Origin: Flectonema sp. DT1601
Lineage: Eukaryota
Direction of reading: 5' to 3'
Assembly (NCBI GenBank): GCA_964019425.1
Contig: OZ025792.1
Coordinates: forward strand, 1,426,001-1,481,024
Length of the DNA: 55,024 nucleotides
Within the stretch, counting starts at the first letter, position 1. The number at the start of each line of letters is the position of its first letter. Below are positions 24,595 to 36,152 of this stretch, one piece after another. Below the pieces are notes generated by a model, which worked only from the letters and a program-made list of their open reading frames with translations, had not been told where the DNA came from and searched no databases. A program made the translations under genes and the position numbers.

Positions 24595-25551
24595 TTACAC
24601 TTAATCTTAATATTTCAATATCATTCTCTTTACTGGCGTTGGGGTGTTTCTTCTTGAGGTTCGCTATTGGTGTACCTGTTGTTTCTGGCTTGTTGCACCT
24701 CTTGCCTCGGTGTTTTTCAAAGTCTTGGGTAACCGACCTCTCGAAGATGCAACATTACCCCGACGTCAGTTGTTTGTGTTTAATCTCTTTAACATTATAA
24801 TTATAATTTAGTATCCATTTATTTATTCAGTCTTAATTACACAATATGGACGATGATGGTCATTCTCATAGTTTACTCAGGGAATGATCACCAAGTCCAC
24901 TTTTGTGCCTTTTTCTTACTGTTTTTTACTTTAAAATTTTCTGGTTAAAAATACCAAAAATTGTGCCGTGACCGGGAATTGAACCCCCGACCACGGTTAC
25001 GTAAGCGATTTAAGGTCGACGACCATAACAACTCGGCTATGCAGGCTCTGGTACGTCGAAAATTTATTTATACTTATTACTTTTCTGTCCTAACGGAACG
25101 GAAAATGAAAAATGTCCTTCCTTATCTAAAATGCACTCTGCACCTATTATGTTGGTTCAGCAGTGGCTTATCGAACTTATTAGCTCTCGTTGCACTGGTT
25201 AGCGCTGTGTTTGAGACGTTATATTATATCGGTACACTTTTAACTAATATGTTACTTCCTTTCCTTAGCAAATTTTGCTCTTTTTGTTATTTCTCTAAAA
25301 CAAAAGAATTTCCCACCCTCCCACCCTGGGTGTTTCTTCTTGAGGTTCGCTATTGGTGTACCTGTTGTTTCTGGCTTGTTGCACCTCTTGCCTCGGTGTT
25401 TTTCAAAGTCTTGGGTAACCGACCTCTCGAAGATGCAACATTACCCCGACGTCAGTTGTTTGTGTTTAATCTCTTTAACATTATAATTATAATTTAGTAT
25501 CCATTTATTTATTCAGTCTTAATTACACAATATGGACGATGATGGTCATTC

Positions 25552-26658
25552 CAGCGCATGAGCCATGTCCACTGGGTTTCCTCCATATCTTATCGTGACT
25601 GCTGAGAACGGATCGTTCTTCGATGAATGCTTCAGCAGCCTTCCCAACACAATCTCGTCGACTACTTCGCCGATCGACATTAATCCCATTATATGAGAAA
25701 TCGCGCCCCTTTTTATTGAGTGGGCTGAATATTTTTCCATGCCCTTTTCCTTCTTCCACATTGCATCGAGACCTCTCGTCGTCACCTTTGTAAGACTCAC
25801 GAAATCTCCCATCACCTGCAGACCCTGTGCAATCTCCAGAGTAAGAAATCCCTTTATCACTACCCATCTGGACGGCCTGAATGGATCTTCCCTTCGCCCC
25901 TTCGGGACATCCCACCAGTCTACAACTATTTCCTTCGCAGAAATGGAAATAAAATTCTGCTTCCCCAGTTTCCATACTTCTCCCCATCTTGCTGCCGTCT
26001 TCCACGCGATCAGTAAACCAGTCCTTAGGTTCACATCTTGTCTCATCGACCATGCAATCAAGCTGGGGCGATCTATTGGTTTTGCTTGTTCCAACGGAAT
26101 CGCCGCTCCGTCTGCTCTCAACGCCGCTGCTAATTGTTTCAATGTCTCGTTCGCCAATCCCATTCTCTTTAGCATTCCTGAAAAGGCTTTGGCGTACGCT
26201 AGCATTCCCTGCTTTGACACCTTCGTCGCCGTCACAAATAACGCTACCGTATCCTGGTTTACCGGGACGTCGTTCCGTTCTACCCAAATCAGCAGTCGGT
26301 CCCAAAGACACTGCCTGTTGCGCATCGTACTTTGAGCCCATATCCTCCCTGCTATCCGCTCCAGTGTCAGCAACGAATCGTTCAGATCCGATGTGAACTC
26401 TTTGTTCCGTCCTTTTTGGATTCTCCTCACCTGATCTTCTATTTGATTTTTCATCAGGCTTCCAAATAGAGTTGAAACCTCGGCGCCTTCCGAACTCCTT
26501 ATTTTCTCTCCCATCTCTATTATTCGGTCTGGAACAGATACTACTTCTTCTAACAACTTGCTTTTCTGGGAGGACACTCGCTTTTCTCCACCTGGACCTC
26601 CCAACTCCATCAATTTCGATAGAATTTCGCGGCTCCAACACCGCTTTACTTGCAACAA
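25552..26658 (-). CDS. F1 tyrosine recombinase (last codons lie beyond the F2 insertion, ~11817-11846)
   Basis: Catalytic pattern AARWGE (R), HSIKRG (HxxR), LLKH (H), TIRYG (Y). Confidence 0.9.
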
Positions 26659-26677
26659 GGGGCTGGCCTCGGTTCAC
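25552..26677 (-). CDS. Overlapping alternate-frame ORF; N-terminal extension of F1 pol
   Basis: About 375 stop-free codons overlap YR. The frame joins the RT frame when F2 is removed. Confidence 0.6.
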
Positions 26678-27924
26678 TTTTGACCTTTGCCAGCCCCCCC
26701 AACGTTTCCCTGATATCCATTACTAAAATTACTTCTATTCCTGAAATTATTTTGCGGATTCCAACTCCCCAAGCTTCTCCCCTTTCCTCCTTTTCCGCCC
26801 CTTTCGCTCTTCGCCTTCTTTTCTGCCTCGATTTCTGCCAGTTTTACTGCCTTGTCGAATGTCTTTCCTGACTTGACAAGTTGTTCAATTACATCTGCGC
26901 CGATTCGCTTCGTTAAATATTCCCATTTTAAAATGAGACATTCTAGCGATTTATTCATACTACGTATCAGCGGCTTTGAATGTATCCAATCCGTCGATGT
27001 CTCTGACATCGCTTGGATGTTGTCTCTTACAACACCGAATGCGTGTTTTACTTCACGCACCTCCCTTGTTTCCAGCTTTCCGCTGTGTGCCGCCCAGTAC
27101 TTACTGTCGAGTTTGGCTATTAGCCTATCGGCATCGCCTCGTGCCAATATCTCCCTCCATTGCAACACGTTTGTTGCGTCTGCAGCCAATTCGAGCTCTA
27201 TACACTCGATGTTTTCCGGCGTGAACGGACATACCTCCCCTCCTGTTTTCTTCCTCAACATATCGTCCCTCTGCTGGATCTGCACCTGACACATTTGCTG
27301 GTTCTGTGCCAGCAATGTTAACACACTCTGTAATGTGTCTCCGACCTGCGGTATGTGTTGCTGTGTTACTATTTGCGGTTGCGGTACTTGCGTTTGCGAT
27401 AACGTAGTTGCTAATCTTAGTTCCATTTCTTCTACTTTGCGATTCATCATCTCAAACTTTGAGATATTCTCATTTTCCACACGTTGCGCCCACATATTCC
27501 AGTACACATCTTTCGATATCACATGTGCATACTCGAATCCGACATGCGGAAAATCAAATGTTTCGTCAGCACCAATATGCTGATATACCCCCCGTAACAA
27601 GCTAGTTTTTCTAGACAATGTTACTTTTACTTTTCTAATACCCCCCAAAATTTCCCTAGAGAGTAAACCGCAATACCATACCCATTCAGATTCGCCTTCG
27701 CGTCTCATCATATAAACCGCATCACTTCCGATTAATGCTGACGCATTTTCCGTCATCATCTCTACTGACATTTTCCTGCTCGGGTCCCAAAAAGTCCCCG
27801 CTTCCCCTATCGTGGCTCTTGGCGACTGAGCCCTTGCATTTCTCATCTCCTCCATAGTCACTGAGTCCAGGTCGATAGCCGCCTCGACATGCGGGATCTC
27901 AACAATAGGTGGTGTGGAAGTCAT
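26674..27924 (-). CDS. F1 gag-like ORF1
   Basis: Intact 416-aa ORF directly after repeat A1, with a basic Gly/Asn/Arg-rich tail; homologous to F2 ORF1. Confidence 0.85.
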   Translation of the reverse strand: MTSTPPIVEIPHVEAAIDLDSVTMEEMRNARAQSPRATIGEAGTFWDPSRKMSVEMMTENASALIGSDAVYMMRREGESEWVWYCGLLSREILGGIRKVKVTLSRKTSLLRGVYQHIGADETFDFPHVGFEYAHVISKDVYWNMWAQRVENENISKFEMMNRKVEEMELRLATTLSQTQVPQPQIVTQQHIPQVGDTLQSVLTLLAQNQQMCQVQIQQRDDMLRKKTGGEVCPFTPENIECIELELAADATNVLQWREILARGDADRLIAKLDSKYWAAHSGKLETREVREVKHAFGVVRDNIQAMSETSTDWIHSKPLIRSMNKSLECLILKWEYLTKRIGADVIEQLVKSGKTFDKAVKLAEIEAEKKAKSERGGKGGKGRSLGSWNPQNNFRNRSNFSNGYQGNVGGAGKGQK

Positions 27925-29614
27925 TTTATCAAAAAAGATTAAAGTTTAAGTAAGTTCAATGAGGATTAAGCAAAATTTGCTAAGGAAAGGAATTAATGTT
28001 TTAATTAATAATGTACTGATACAGAATAACATCTCAAACATAGTGATCACTTATGCAACGAGAGCTAAAAGATCGATATAGACATTCCTAATCCAAAGAC
28101 TAGGGTGCAGAGTGCATTTCAGCTAAGGGAGGACCTTTTTCATTTTTCGTTCCGTTAGGACAGAAGAGTAATAAGTATAGAATAATTTTCGACGTACCAG
28201 AGCCTGCATAGCCGAGTGGATATGGTCGTCGACCGTAGATCGCTTGGGTAGCCGCGACACGGGTTCGATTCCTGGCGACGGCACAATTTTTGGGTTTTTC
28301 AACCAGAAAATTATTAAGAAGAAAACAGTAAGGAAAGGGCACAAAATTGGACTTAGTGATCATTCCCTGAGTAAACTGAGAGTACTATGAACGATGAGAG
28401 ATCCAGTGGGATCACTCAGGGTCTAGTAGAGACCACCAATGTTGTGCGTTGATAGGCAAGGTGACCAACCTTGACATTCTTTCTTTTCTCTCCTGTTGTG
28501 ACAAACACAAAATACACACACAGCTTACAGTGTGTTCTTTGTGTATGTTTTCTTCAGGTGTGAGTAGTTTTTTTGTTCTTGCTCTTCAGGGAGGGCCTTA
28601 GCCAAAAGCTAACAGTCCAAATCTCACCTGGTAACTTAACTCTTACCGATACAGATCCATCAGTACAACAAACTAATGGGTGGTGTTGACCTCGTAGACG
28701 GTATCAGGGGGAAGGCAAGAAGAACTCTGATGACAAAACGCTGGACCCTGAAAGTCTTTCACTACTTGTTAGAGATTTCTATCTTCAATGTTTTCACCCT
28801 CCAAAAGAAGTCTGAAAAAGACGTCGGGACATATGCTCAGTTCAAAAAAAGGCTTATTGATCATGGAACACACCAAACTCACACAAAATGTCACTACCTA
28901 CGAAAATTTGATATTTTTGGGGACTGCAGTTCACGGATTTGTTCTCAAAAAAAGTAAGGTCATCGACTTCTTGTTCAAAAAGCGAGGTTTTCTTATGCAT
29001 GGATCCCTGCTTCGAACAATATCACGAAAATATTGACAAGTATTCAGCCCCTGTTTGCAACAACCATACCTTTGCTACACACAATCATATCCCACCGAAA
29101 AACATGAAACGGAAGCACTCTACTCCTACAACATTGCTAAAATCAAAGCGAACCCAGGGGTCCTAAGCAACAGTGTTTTTTTAGGCTGTTGTTGCATTTT
29201 CTCAAGTTATTTTGGCCCCCTTGCGGGCTGACCTCAGTTTTTTTTCAATGCGCGGGGGGGTGTCTTTCACCCTGTAATTTTTTTGTATTTTTCCCCACAC
29301 CCCTTTTCCCCTTTGTCAAATTTTTCGATTTTTCAACAGGGTTTTTTGCCTCTTATTAAAGGGTTAAAGAAAAAAGCAGGCTAAGTCGCCTGAGCTGGCA
29401 TCGCCAGAATATTTAACTTCACATGGCAATGTCAGCTCGTGAAGGGATCCAGTTGGATCAAAGGTTTTCTCCCCCCACTCTATTTATCGTCATTGGTGCG
29501 CACCTTCGAACAGGAAGGCCAGTAATAGGGAATGTACATTACCAAAACACTTCACCATTTGCTCACTGGTAGATGACTCAGCATTTTCAAAGAAATACAC
29601 AACTTTTTCAAGTA

Positions 29615-29990
29615 CGAATCTGACACCCATTTTCCCCCCTACAAAATGGGTGTCAATTTTCCAACCCCAAATTTAACCCTTGCAAATCTGACACCCATTT
29701 CCACCTACCATTTCTGACTGAGTAAATTCCCACCCATTTTTTCCAACTTACAAATTTCATACCCATTTTTCCTCTATCATCTTATGAGTGTTGATTTTTA
29801 GGCCTTTTTAAAACATAGATTACATTTGCACCCATTTTTCCCATACCATTTTATGACTGAATATTTTTGTAACTATTTTTGACTTGACATTTTTTCCTTC
29901 ACTTTTCTTCTATCCATTTCTGGTTGAGCAAAAAAATTACTTGTAAAAATGGTGTACATTTCTGGCCCACTTTTCTGGTTTTTCCGGTTT
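29615..29990 (+). repeat. Degenerate short tandem repeats (CACCCATTTT core)
   Basis: The motif recurs at ~29624, 29692, 29731, 29761 and 29829. It may be subterminal sequence of the Polinton-like element. Confidence 0.55.
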
Positions 29991-29996
29991 TCTGGT

Positions 29997-30329
29997 TTAA
30001 ATCATTCTCCCAGGTGCAAATCTCTTCGCATTTCTCCTCCTAGTCATCTTATGTTCTTGCAATGCTTCCTGCTGACTTGGCTGCATCACAAACTCTCTCA
30101 AATGACTTGGTGCATCTGCTAACGCCCTTTCTGTTACAGCCCTTGCATCATCCTCCTCCCGCTCATTGTTATCATCGACCTCATTGTCAACACCCTCGAT
30201 CTTTATGAGATCTTCGATGCGCACCTTCGATTTGTCGTTCAGAGTTGCATTTGCCTTCATGATTGTCTTCACAATAAACATTCTCTTTGTCCACTTCTGT
30301 TTTGTTCCCTTGTCGAATATCGTTTTCTT
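29997..30329 (-). pseudogene. Polinton integrase C-terminus
   Basis: KKTIFDKGTKQKWTKRMFIV...EDLIKI joins in frame to SVGDKVRRRL at 37998 when 30330-37997 is removed. Confidence 0.85.
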
Positions 30330-30614
30330 GAATTTCGATAAAGTGGGAAGTAACGGACTGGGAGCTTTTGGCTCCTGCCCTATTCCCGATGTAAACTTTC
30401 TTTTTATTTTTATTTTTTTTTAACAGGCCCAAAGGGCGACAATGATGGTTGCTGACCAAGGAATAATATTCAAATGAATTTTCGTTTCAAAGAAACGAAC
30501 AGAATTAAGAGAGAGGCAGAGAAAAAAAAAAAAAAAGAAAGAAAAGAAAAGAAGAAAAAAAATGAAGAGGAAATAATCAAACATGAAAAAAAAAAAAAAA
30601 AAAAAAAATATATA

Positions 30615-31345
30615 CCGTAATTATAAATATCATGGTGTATAAAAAGTCTCCAAATCAGCAAAAAATGGCCAAATCTACCATCTTTATTATATCCAAAGTT
30701 TTTTTAGTACAATCATTCACAGAAAACACTTAGCAAAATTCGGATTCCAGAAAAAAAAAATTTTTTTTTTTTGACCTTTTTCTTTTGACTTTGGTACTAA
30801 ATTATCGACATTTTGAACTGGTTAAAGTTCTACAGGCTGGTCTTGTGTACCAACCTGGTGGGGGATTGATAACTAATGTTGAAGTTGCTTCCAGATACTT
30901 ATCAGGACAACATATCCACAAATAACGTTGTTGGTAGCTGGTTGCACACCAGTCTTAATGAATGATGTCAAAATTCCTAAAAGCAGCAAGTAGTAGTCTA
31001 GACGAGGCCAACTACAACTAAGGAGTTCTTCTCCAATCGTTGTAATACACCGAGGTATGAGGTGCGGTATTAAGAAACATGAACTCATGTTCACAACTAC
31101 AGACTTCAGGAGCTCGGGTGGATTTGCAGGATTGACAATACCTACTTTTATAAAACCAGCCATGATAGTATTTTTCGTAATACTATCAAGGGCTGTCACT
31201 ATCCACCCAATTTGCGACTTCGTTTTTGTGAGCTCCTTCATCCATTTTGACATGGGTTCGGATTCAGGAGCTCCCTTTGGACCCTTCCCTTTCGCAGCGC
31301 GCTTTAAAGTTTCTATCAGCTTTTTGCTTTGGTTTTTTCAACTTT
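30615..31345 (-). mobile_element. Truncated pogo/Tigger-like transposon fragment
   Basis: TA|CCGTA terminus. GWIVTALDSITKNTIMAGFIKVGI resembles the C-terminal motif of DDE_1 transposases. Confidence 0.55.
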
Positions 31346-31883
31346 TCCGGTCAAGACGCTAAACTGATTGTTTTTTTTTTCAAAATTAATAAAAAAGAAT
31401 ATAAAAAAAAATAAAAAAAAAAAGAATAAACAATGTTATCATTGTTTTTTTTTATCGTTCGACTTTGTTGACTAATTTCTATTTTCCATTTTTTTTCTTT
31501 TTAAAAATAAATAAAAAGAATTAAAATAAAAAAAAAAAAAAAGAATAAACAATGTTATCATTGTTTTTTTATCGATCGACTATGTCGATTACTTTCTATT
31601 TTCCGTACTGGTCAGGACGCTAAACTGATTGTTTTTTCTTTAAAAATAAATAAAAAGAATAAAAAAAAAAAAAAAAAAGGAATAAACAATGTTATCATTG
31701 TTTTTTTTTTATCGATAAAAAAAACAATGATAACATTGTTTATTCTTTTTTTTTTTTATTTTAAATTCTTTTTATTTATTTTTTAAAGAAAAAAAACGGA
31801 AAATAGAAATTAGTCGACAAAGTCGAACGATAAAAAAAAACAATGATAACATTGTTTATTCTTTTTTTTGTATTTTTTTATAT

Positions 31884-34211
31884 GAGGCGGTGCAGAAACC
31901 CCCCCCAATTTTTACCAGGCTATCCCGTGGGCACCTAACACCCAATCCGAGCCCACCACCCCACGAAAATACTATCCAAAAAACTCAAATCCGGTACTGG
32001 GGCACCCTTTTACTGCCCACCAGTTTAAAAATTTCACTTTTTTGACTGTTTCTAGTAACATTTGCCTTATACCTCTGTTAGTTACCCCTAAAATACTCAA
32101 AAATGAGCTTAGGAACTACATTGCAGAAATTTGTTAGAACTCTGAGTTCCTTTGAGAACTGGAATGATAGGACAAGTAATGGTGAGACATGGAGAATAAT
32201 ACAGTCCGTGAGAGAACTGCTGAGTACGATATCGGGTGGTAATCCTGGGTCACTCTTGCTGGCAGTGATGGGTCGAGCAATGCTGCTCAAAACAAGTACA
32301 CCCTTGGGATTACCAGAGTTTTTCGAGAATCTAGAGCTGCCTCATCAGAGGGCACTGCTACAGGCTCTATGTTCCAGTGGCTGGGGAATGGCAGAAGTGA
32401 ACAAGACTGGGATAAAAGTAGGAAAAGATTTATGGAAGAACAAAGCCAAGGTGGTGGATGTCGGTGGTCGCCCATCAGTTGTAACACCCGACATGAAAAA
32501 TCAGGTTCGAGATGAACACCTTGCGGCCTCTAGTAGTACCAGCAAGAAACTCATCCGCGAATCAAAAAGAAGGGGAGAGGCAGTTACTGTTGAAAACATG
32601 ATGACCTCGTATCAACTAGTCTACGATAACTCCCCTCTAAAAGACACCATCTCATATACACAGTACCGTTCTCTACGTGGAGTAGAGTTTCAGCAGTTAC
32701 GACGCCGTACAGATGTGTGCAACTACTGTCTCACAGGCAAGAGTCTCCGTAACAAGCTTGCCCGCCTAACGTCTTCAGTCTTCACCACATGTATCTGGGA
32801 TGCTGGTCGGCGTAATGGGTGGGGTCTTTGGAGCCTTCTACATCAGCGGGACAGCCTTCCACAGCGCGACAAGCCTGAAGCTGAGAAGTATATCAAAGGA
32901 ATTATCGAGATAGATTCCCACATCGACGAAGCAAGGGAGCAGTGTCAGGTGTATCGCGAACACACATCTAATCCCGGTGATCATATAATTATGACCCTGG
33001 ATTACAAAGAGAAGGGGAAGCTTCCACTGATGCCAGAAGAGCCAAATTCTCTTTTCTATCAACAGGGGAAATACAGTCTACTTGGATGTGTACTACATGA
33101 GCAGCTTGGAACTGAGGTTCAGCGAAACCATATCGACTTTCTCCTCCCACACATCAACCAGGGTGCCGCAGTGACTTATCTGGTTCTGAAGAAGTTCTTC
33201 TTGATGCATGGGAAGGACAAGATGATTCATTTTTGGGCTGATGCCGGTAAACACTTTGAGAATAAAACCGTCATCAGTTCTCTTCTGCAGAATAAGTTAA
33301 TCAGCTCGGTTAACTTTTTCCCTGGTCGGCATGGCAAGTCTGAGTGTGACCGTCACTTCGGCAATGTCACATCTGCACTGACACTCGCGTCCAAGTCGCG
33401 GAAAATCTGTACGCTCCAAGATGTCAAAGCAGCAATCGAGCCTATGATCGCAAACACTACTGCATTGTACACTCGATTCCGCAAACAAGACTTTACGGTC
33501 GGAGAATATGATATCCGAGACATCACTTCCATCAGCTGTTTTCAAAGGATCAACGATAAGATCTTTGTGAGCCCCCTTTCAGGTACAGATCCTGAGGATT
33601 GCTTTGAACTTCAACTTAAAGAGAAGCAAAGGAAGCTTACCTTTGTCCCTAAAATTAGCAACAAGCTCCCGATGAATGACCCGCATTACGACGATGATCT
33701 CAGCAGTGATGATGATAAACCTGCTCCTGAACCTGTTGAAGAAGAGCATGGCATTCTTACTCGGACTCTTGCACGGGCAAGAGAGAGAAAACAAAACTTA
33801 TTCGAGGAGTTAAAGGCCAGGAAACTGGAATCAGAAAAACAAGAGAAAGAGAAGAAAAAAAAAAAGCTTAAGCGGGATGAACCCCCCCACAGTTTGAAAG
33901 GAAAAAAGCTGAAATATGCATAATAATAAGTACAAGTTGTATCTATTCTTTTATACAATTTCTGAGCGCCTTCAGGAAAAACAATTTATGAACATACTTT
34001 CTACCACAGTGTTACACAGCTTACAAGGCAAATGTTACTAGAAACAGTCAAAAAAGTAAAATTTTTAAACTGGTGGGCAGTAAAAGGGTGCCCCAGTACC
34101 GGATTTGAGTTTTTTGGATAGTATTTTCGTGGGGTGGTGGGCTCGGATTAGGGGTTAGGTGCCCACAGAATAGCCTGGTAAAAATTGGGGGGGGGGTTTC
34201 TGCACATCCTC
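31884..34211 (+). mobile_element. Sola-type (Sola2-like) DNA transposon, apparently intact
   Basis: ATAT|GAGG...CCTC|ATAT 4-bp TSD; ~185-bp TIRs (31884-32068 and 34025-34211); single ORF. Confidence 0.88.
32103..33923 (+). CDS. Sola-like DDD transposase, 606 aa
   Basis: TDVCNYC, TLDYKE, FWADAGKHFEN and GRHGKSECDRHFG motifs. Confidence 0.85.
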   Translation: MSLGTTLQKFVRTLSSFENWNDRTSNGETWRIIQSVRELLSTISGGNPGSLLLAVMGRAMLLKTSTPLGLPEFFENLELPHQRALLQALCSSGWGMAEVNKTGIKVGKDLWKNKAKVVDVGGRPSVVTPDMKNQVRDEHLAASSSTSKKLIRESKRRGEAVTVENMMTSYQLVYDNSPLKDTISYTQYRSLRGVEFQQLRRRTDVCNYCLTGKSLRNKLARLTSSVFTTCIWDAGRRNGWGLWSLLHQRDSLPQRDKPEAEKYIKGIIEIDSHIDEAREQCQVYREHTSNPGDHIIMTLDYKEKGKLPLMPEEPNSLFYQQGKYSLLGCVLHEQLGTEVQRNHIDFLLPHINQGAAVTYLVLKKFFLMHGKDKMIHFWADAGKHFENKTVISSLLQNKLISSVNFFPGRHGKSECDRHFGNVTSALTLASKSRKICTLQDVKAAIEPMIANTTALYTRFRKQDFTVGEYDIRDITSISCFQRINDKIFVSPLSGTDPEDCFELQLKEKQRKLTFVPKISNKLPMNDPHYDDDLSSDDDKPAPEPVEEEHGILTRTLARARERKQNLFEELKARKLESEKQEKEKKKKKLKRDEPPHSLKGKKLKYA

Positions 34212-36152
34212 ATATTCTTTTTTATTAATTTTGAAAAAAAAACAATCAGTTTAGCGTCTTGACCAGGACGGAAAATAGAAAGTAATCGACATAGTCGATC
34301 GATAAAAAAAACAATGATAACATTGTTTATTCTTTTTTTTTTTTTTTTTTTTAAATTCTTTTTATTTATTTTTTAAAGAAAAAAAAACGGAAAATAGAAA
34401 TTAGTCAACAAAGTCGAACGATAAAAAAAAACAATGATAACATTGTTTATTCTTTTTTTTTATTTTTTTTTTTTAATATTTTTTTTTTATTTTGAAAAAA
34501 AAACAATCAGTTTAGCGTCTTGACCAGGACGGAAAATAGAAAGTAATCGACATAGTCGATCGATAAAAAAAACAATGATAACATTGTTTATTCTTTTTTT
34601 TGTATTTTTTTATATTCTTTTTTATTAATTTTGAAAAAAAAACAATCAGTTTAGCGTCTTGACCAGGACGGAAAATAGAAAGTGATCGACATAGTCGATC
34701 GATAAAAAAACAATGATAACATTGTTTATTCTTTTTTTTTTTTTTTTTTTTTTTTTAAATTCTTTTTATTTATTTTTTAAAGAAAAAAAAAACGGAAAAT
34801 AGAAATTAGTCAACAAAGTCGAACGATAAAGAAAAAAACAATGATAACATTGTTTTTTTTTATTTTTTTTTTTTTAATATTTTTTTTTATTTTGAAAAAA
34901 AAAAACAATCAGTTTAGCGTCTTGACCAGGACGGAAAATAGAAAGTAATCGACATAGTCGATCGATAAAAAAAAACAATGATAACATTGTTTATTCTTTT
35001 TTTTTATTTTAAATTCTTTTTATTTATTTTTTAAAGAAAAAAAACGGAAAATAGAAATTAGTCGACAAAGTCGAACGATAAAAAAAAACAATGATAACAT
35101 TGTTTATTCTTTTTTTTTTGTATTTTTTTTAATATTCTTTTTTATTAATTTTGAAAAAAAAAACAATCAGTTTAGCGTCTTGACCAGGACGGAAAATAGA
35201 AAGTGATCGACATAGTCGATCGATAAAAAAACAATGATAACATTGTTTATTCTTTTTTTTTATTTTAAATTCTTTTTATTTATTTTTTAAAGAAAAAAAA
35301 CGGAAAATAGAAATTAGTCGACAAAGTCGAACGATAAAAAAAAACAATGATAACATTGTTTTTCCTTTTTTTTTTTTTTTTTTATATTCTTTTTTATTAA
35401 TTTTGAAAAAAAAAAAACAATCAGTTTAGCGTCTTGACCAAGACGGAAAATAGAAAGTGATCGACATAGTCGATCGATAAAAAAACAATGATAACATTGT
35501 TTATTCTTTTTTTTTATTTTAAATTCTTTTTATTTATTCTTTAAAGAAAAGAAACGGAAAATAGAAATTAGTCGACAAAATCGAACGATAAAAAAAAAAC
35601 AATGATAACATTGTTTATTCTTTTTTTTTTTTTTTTTTTTATATTCTTTTTTATTAATTTTGAAAAAAAAAAAACAATCAGTTTAGCGTCTTGACCAGGA
35701 CGGAAAATAGAAAGTGATCGACATAGTCGATCGATAAAAAAACAATGATAACATTGTTTATTCTTTTTTTTTATTTTAAATTCTTTTTATTTATTCTTTA
35801 AAGAAAAGAAACGGAAAATAGAAATTAGTCGACAAAGTCGAACGATAAAAAAAAACAATGATAACATTGTTTATTCTTTTTTTTTTTTTTTTTTTATATT
35901 CTTTTTTATTAATTTTGAAAAAAAAACAATCAGTTTAGCGTCTTGACCAGGACGGAAAATAGAAAGTGATCGACATAGTCGATCGATAAAAAAACAATGA
36001 TAACATTGTTTATTCTTTTTTTTTATTTTAAATTCTTTTTATTTATTTTTTAAAGAAAAAAAACGGAAAATAGAAATTAGTCAACAAAGTTGGACAATAA
36101 AAAAAAACAATGATAACATTTTATTCTTTTTTTTTTTTTTTTTTTTTTTATA

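Larger units (their letters stand above)
11847..25551 (+). mobile_element. Tyrosine-recombinase retrotransposon F2, internally deleted (no YR/RT), inserted in F1
   Basis: A1 11847-12288 matches A2 ~24866-25308, and B1 ~24642-24865 matches B2 ~25328-25551. gag is homologous to F1 gag. The gag C-terminus is fused to RNaseH at 24031-24594. Confidence 0.9.
8651..28382 (-). mobile_element. Tyrosine-recombinase retrotransposon F1 (VIPER/TATE-like order gag-YR-RT/RNaseH; split direct repeats A1...B1-A2-B2)
   Basis: A1 ~27930-28382 matches A2 ~8881-9330, and B1 ~9331-9544 matches B2 ~8651-8864. gag, YR, RT and RNaseH lie between them. No TSD. Confidence 0.9.
8260..28642 (+). mobile_element. Element A copy split by YR retrotransposon F1 (halves ~8260-8650 and 28383-28642; may extend left to ~7797)
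   Basis: Intact copies read CACACAGGGTACTATG. Here CACACAGGG ends at 8650 and TACTATG resumes at 28383. The 3' end ...AACTC is at 28642. Confidence 0.85.
6132..29363 (+). mobile_element. piggyBac transposon 2, fragmented by ~21 kb of nested insertions
   Basis: TTAA|CCCTTTA at 6128 and TAAAGGG|TTAA at 29363 (short match only). Transposase pieces appear in order: acidic N-terminus 6344-6505; ELKLSLGLNILVGL...DKLYKIR at ~7366-7796; YNKLMGGVDLVD, KRWTLKVF and LCMDPCFEQYH at 28643-29166. Confidence 0.7.

Noticed and set aside
25739..27605. Plus-strand ORFs antisense to YR and gag, and those antisense to integrase/PLA2 (37960-40109)
   Set aside because: Shadow ORFs of genuine coding sequence on the opposite strand, with no recognisable motifs.
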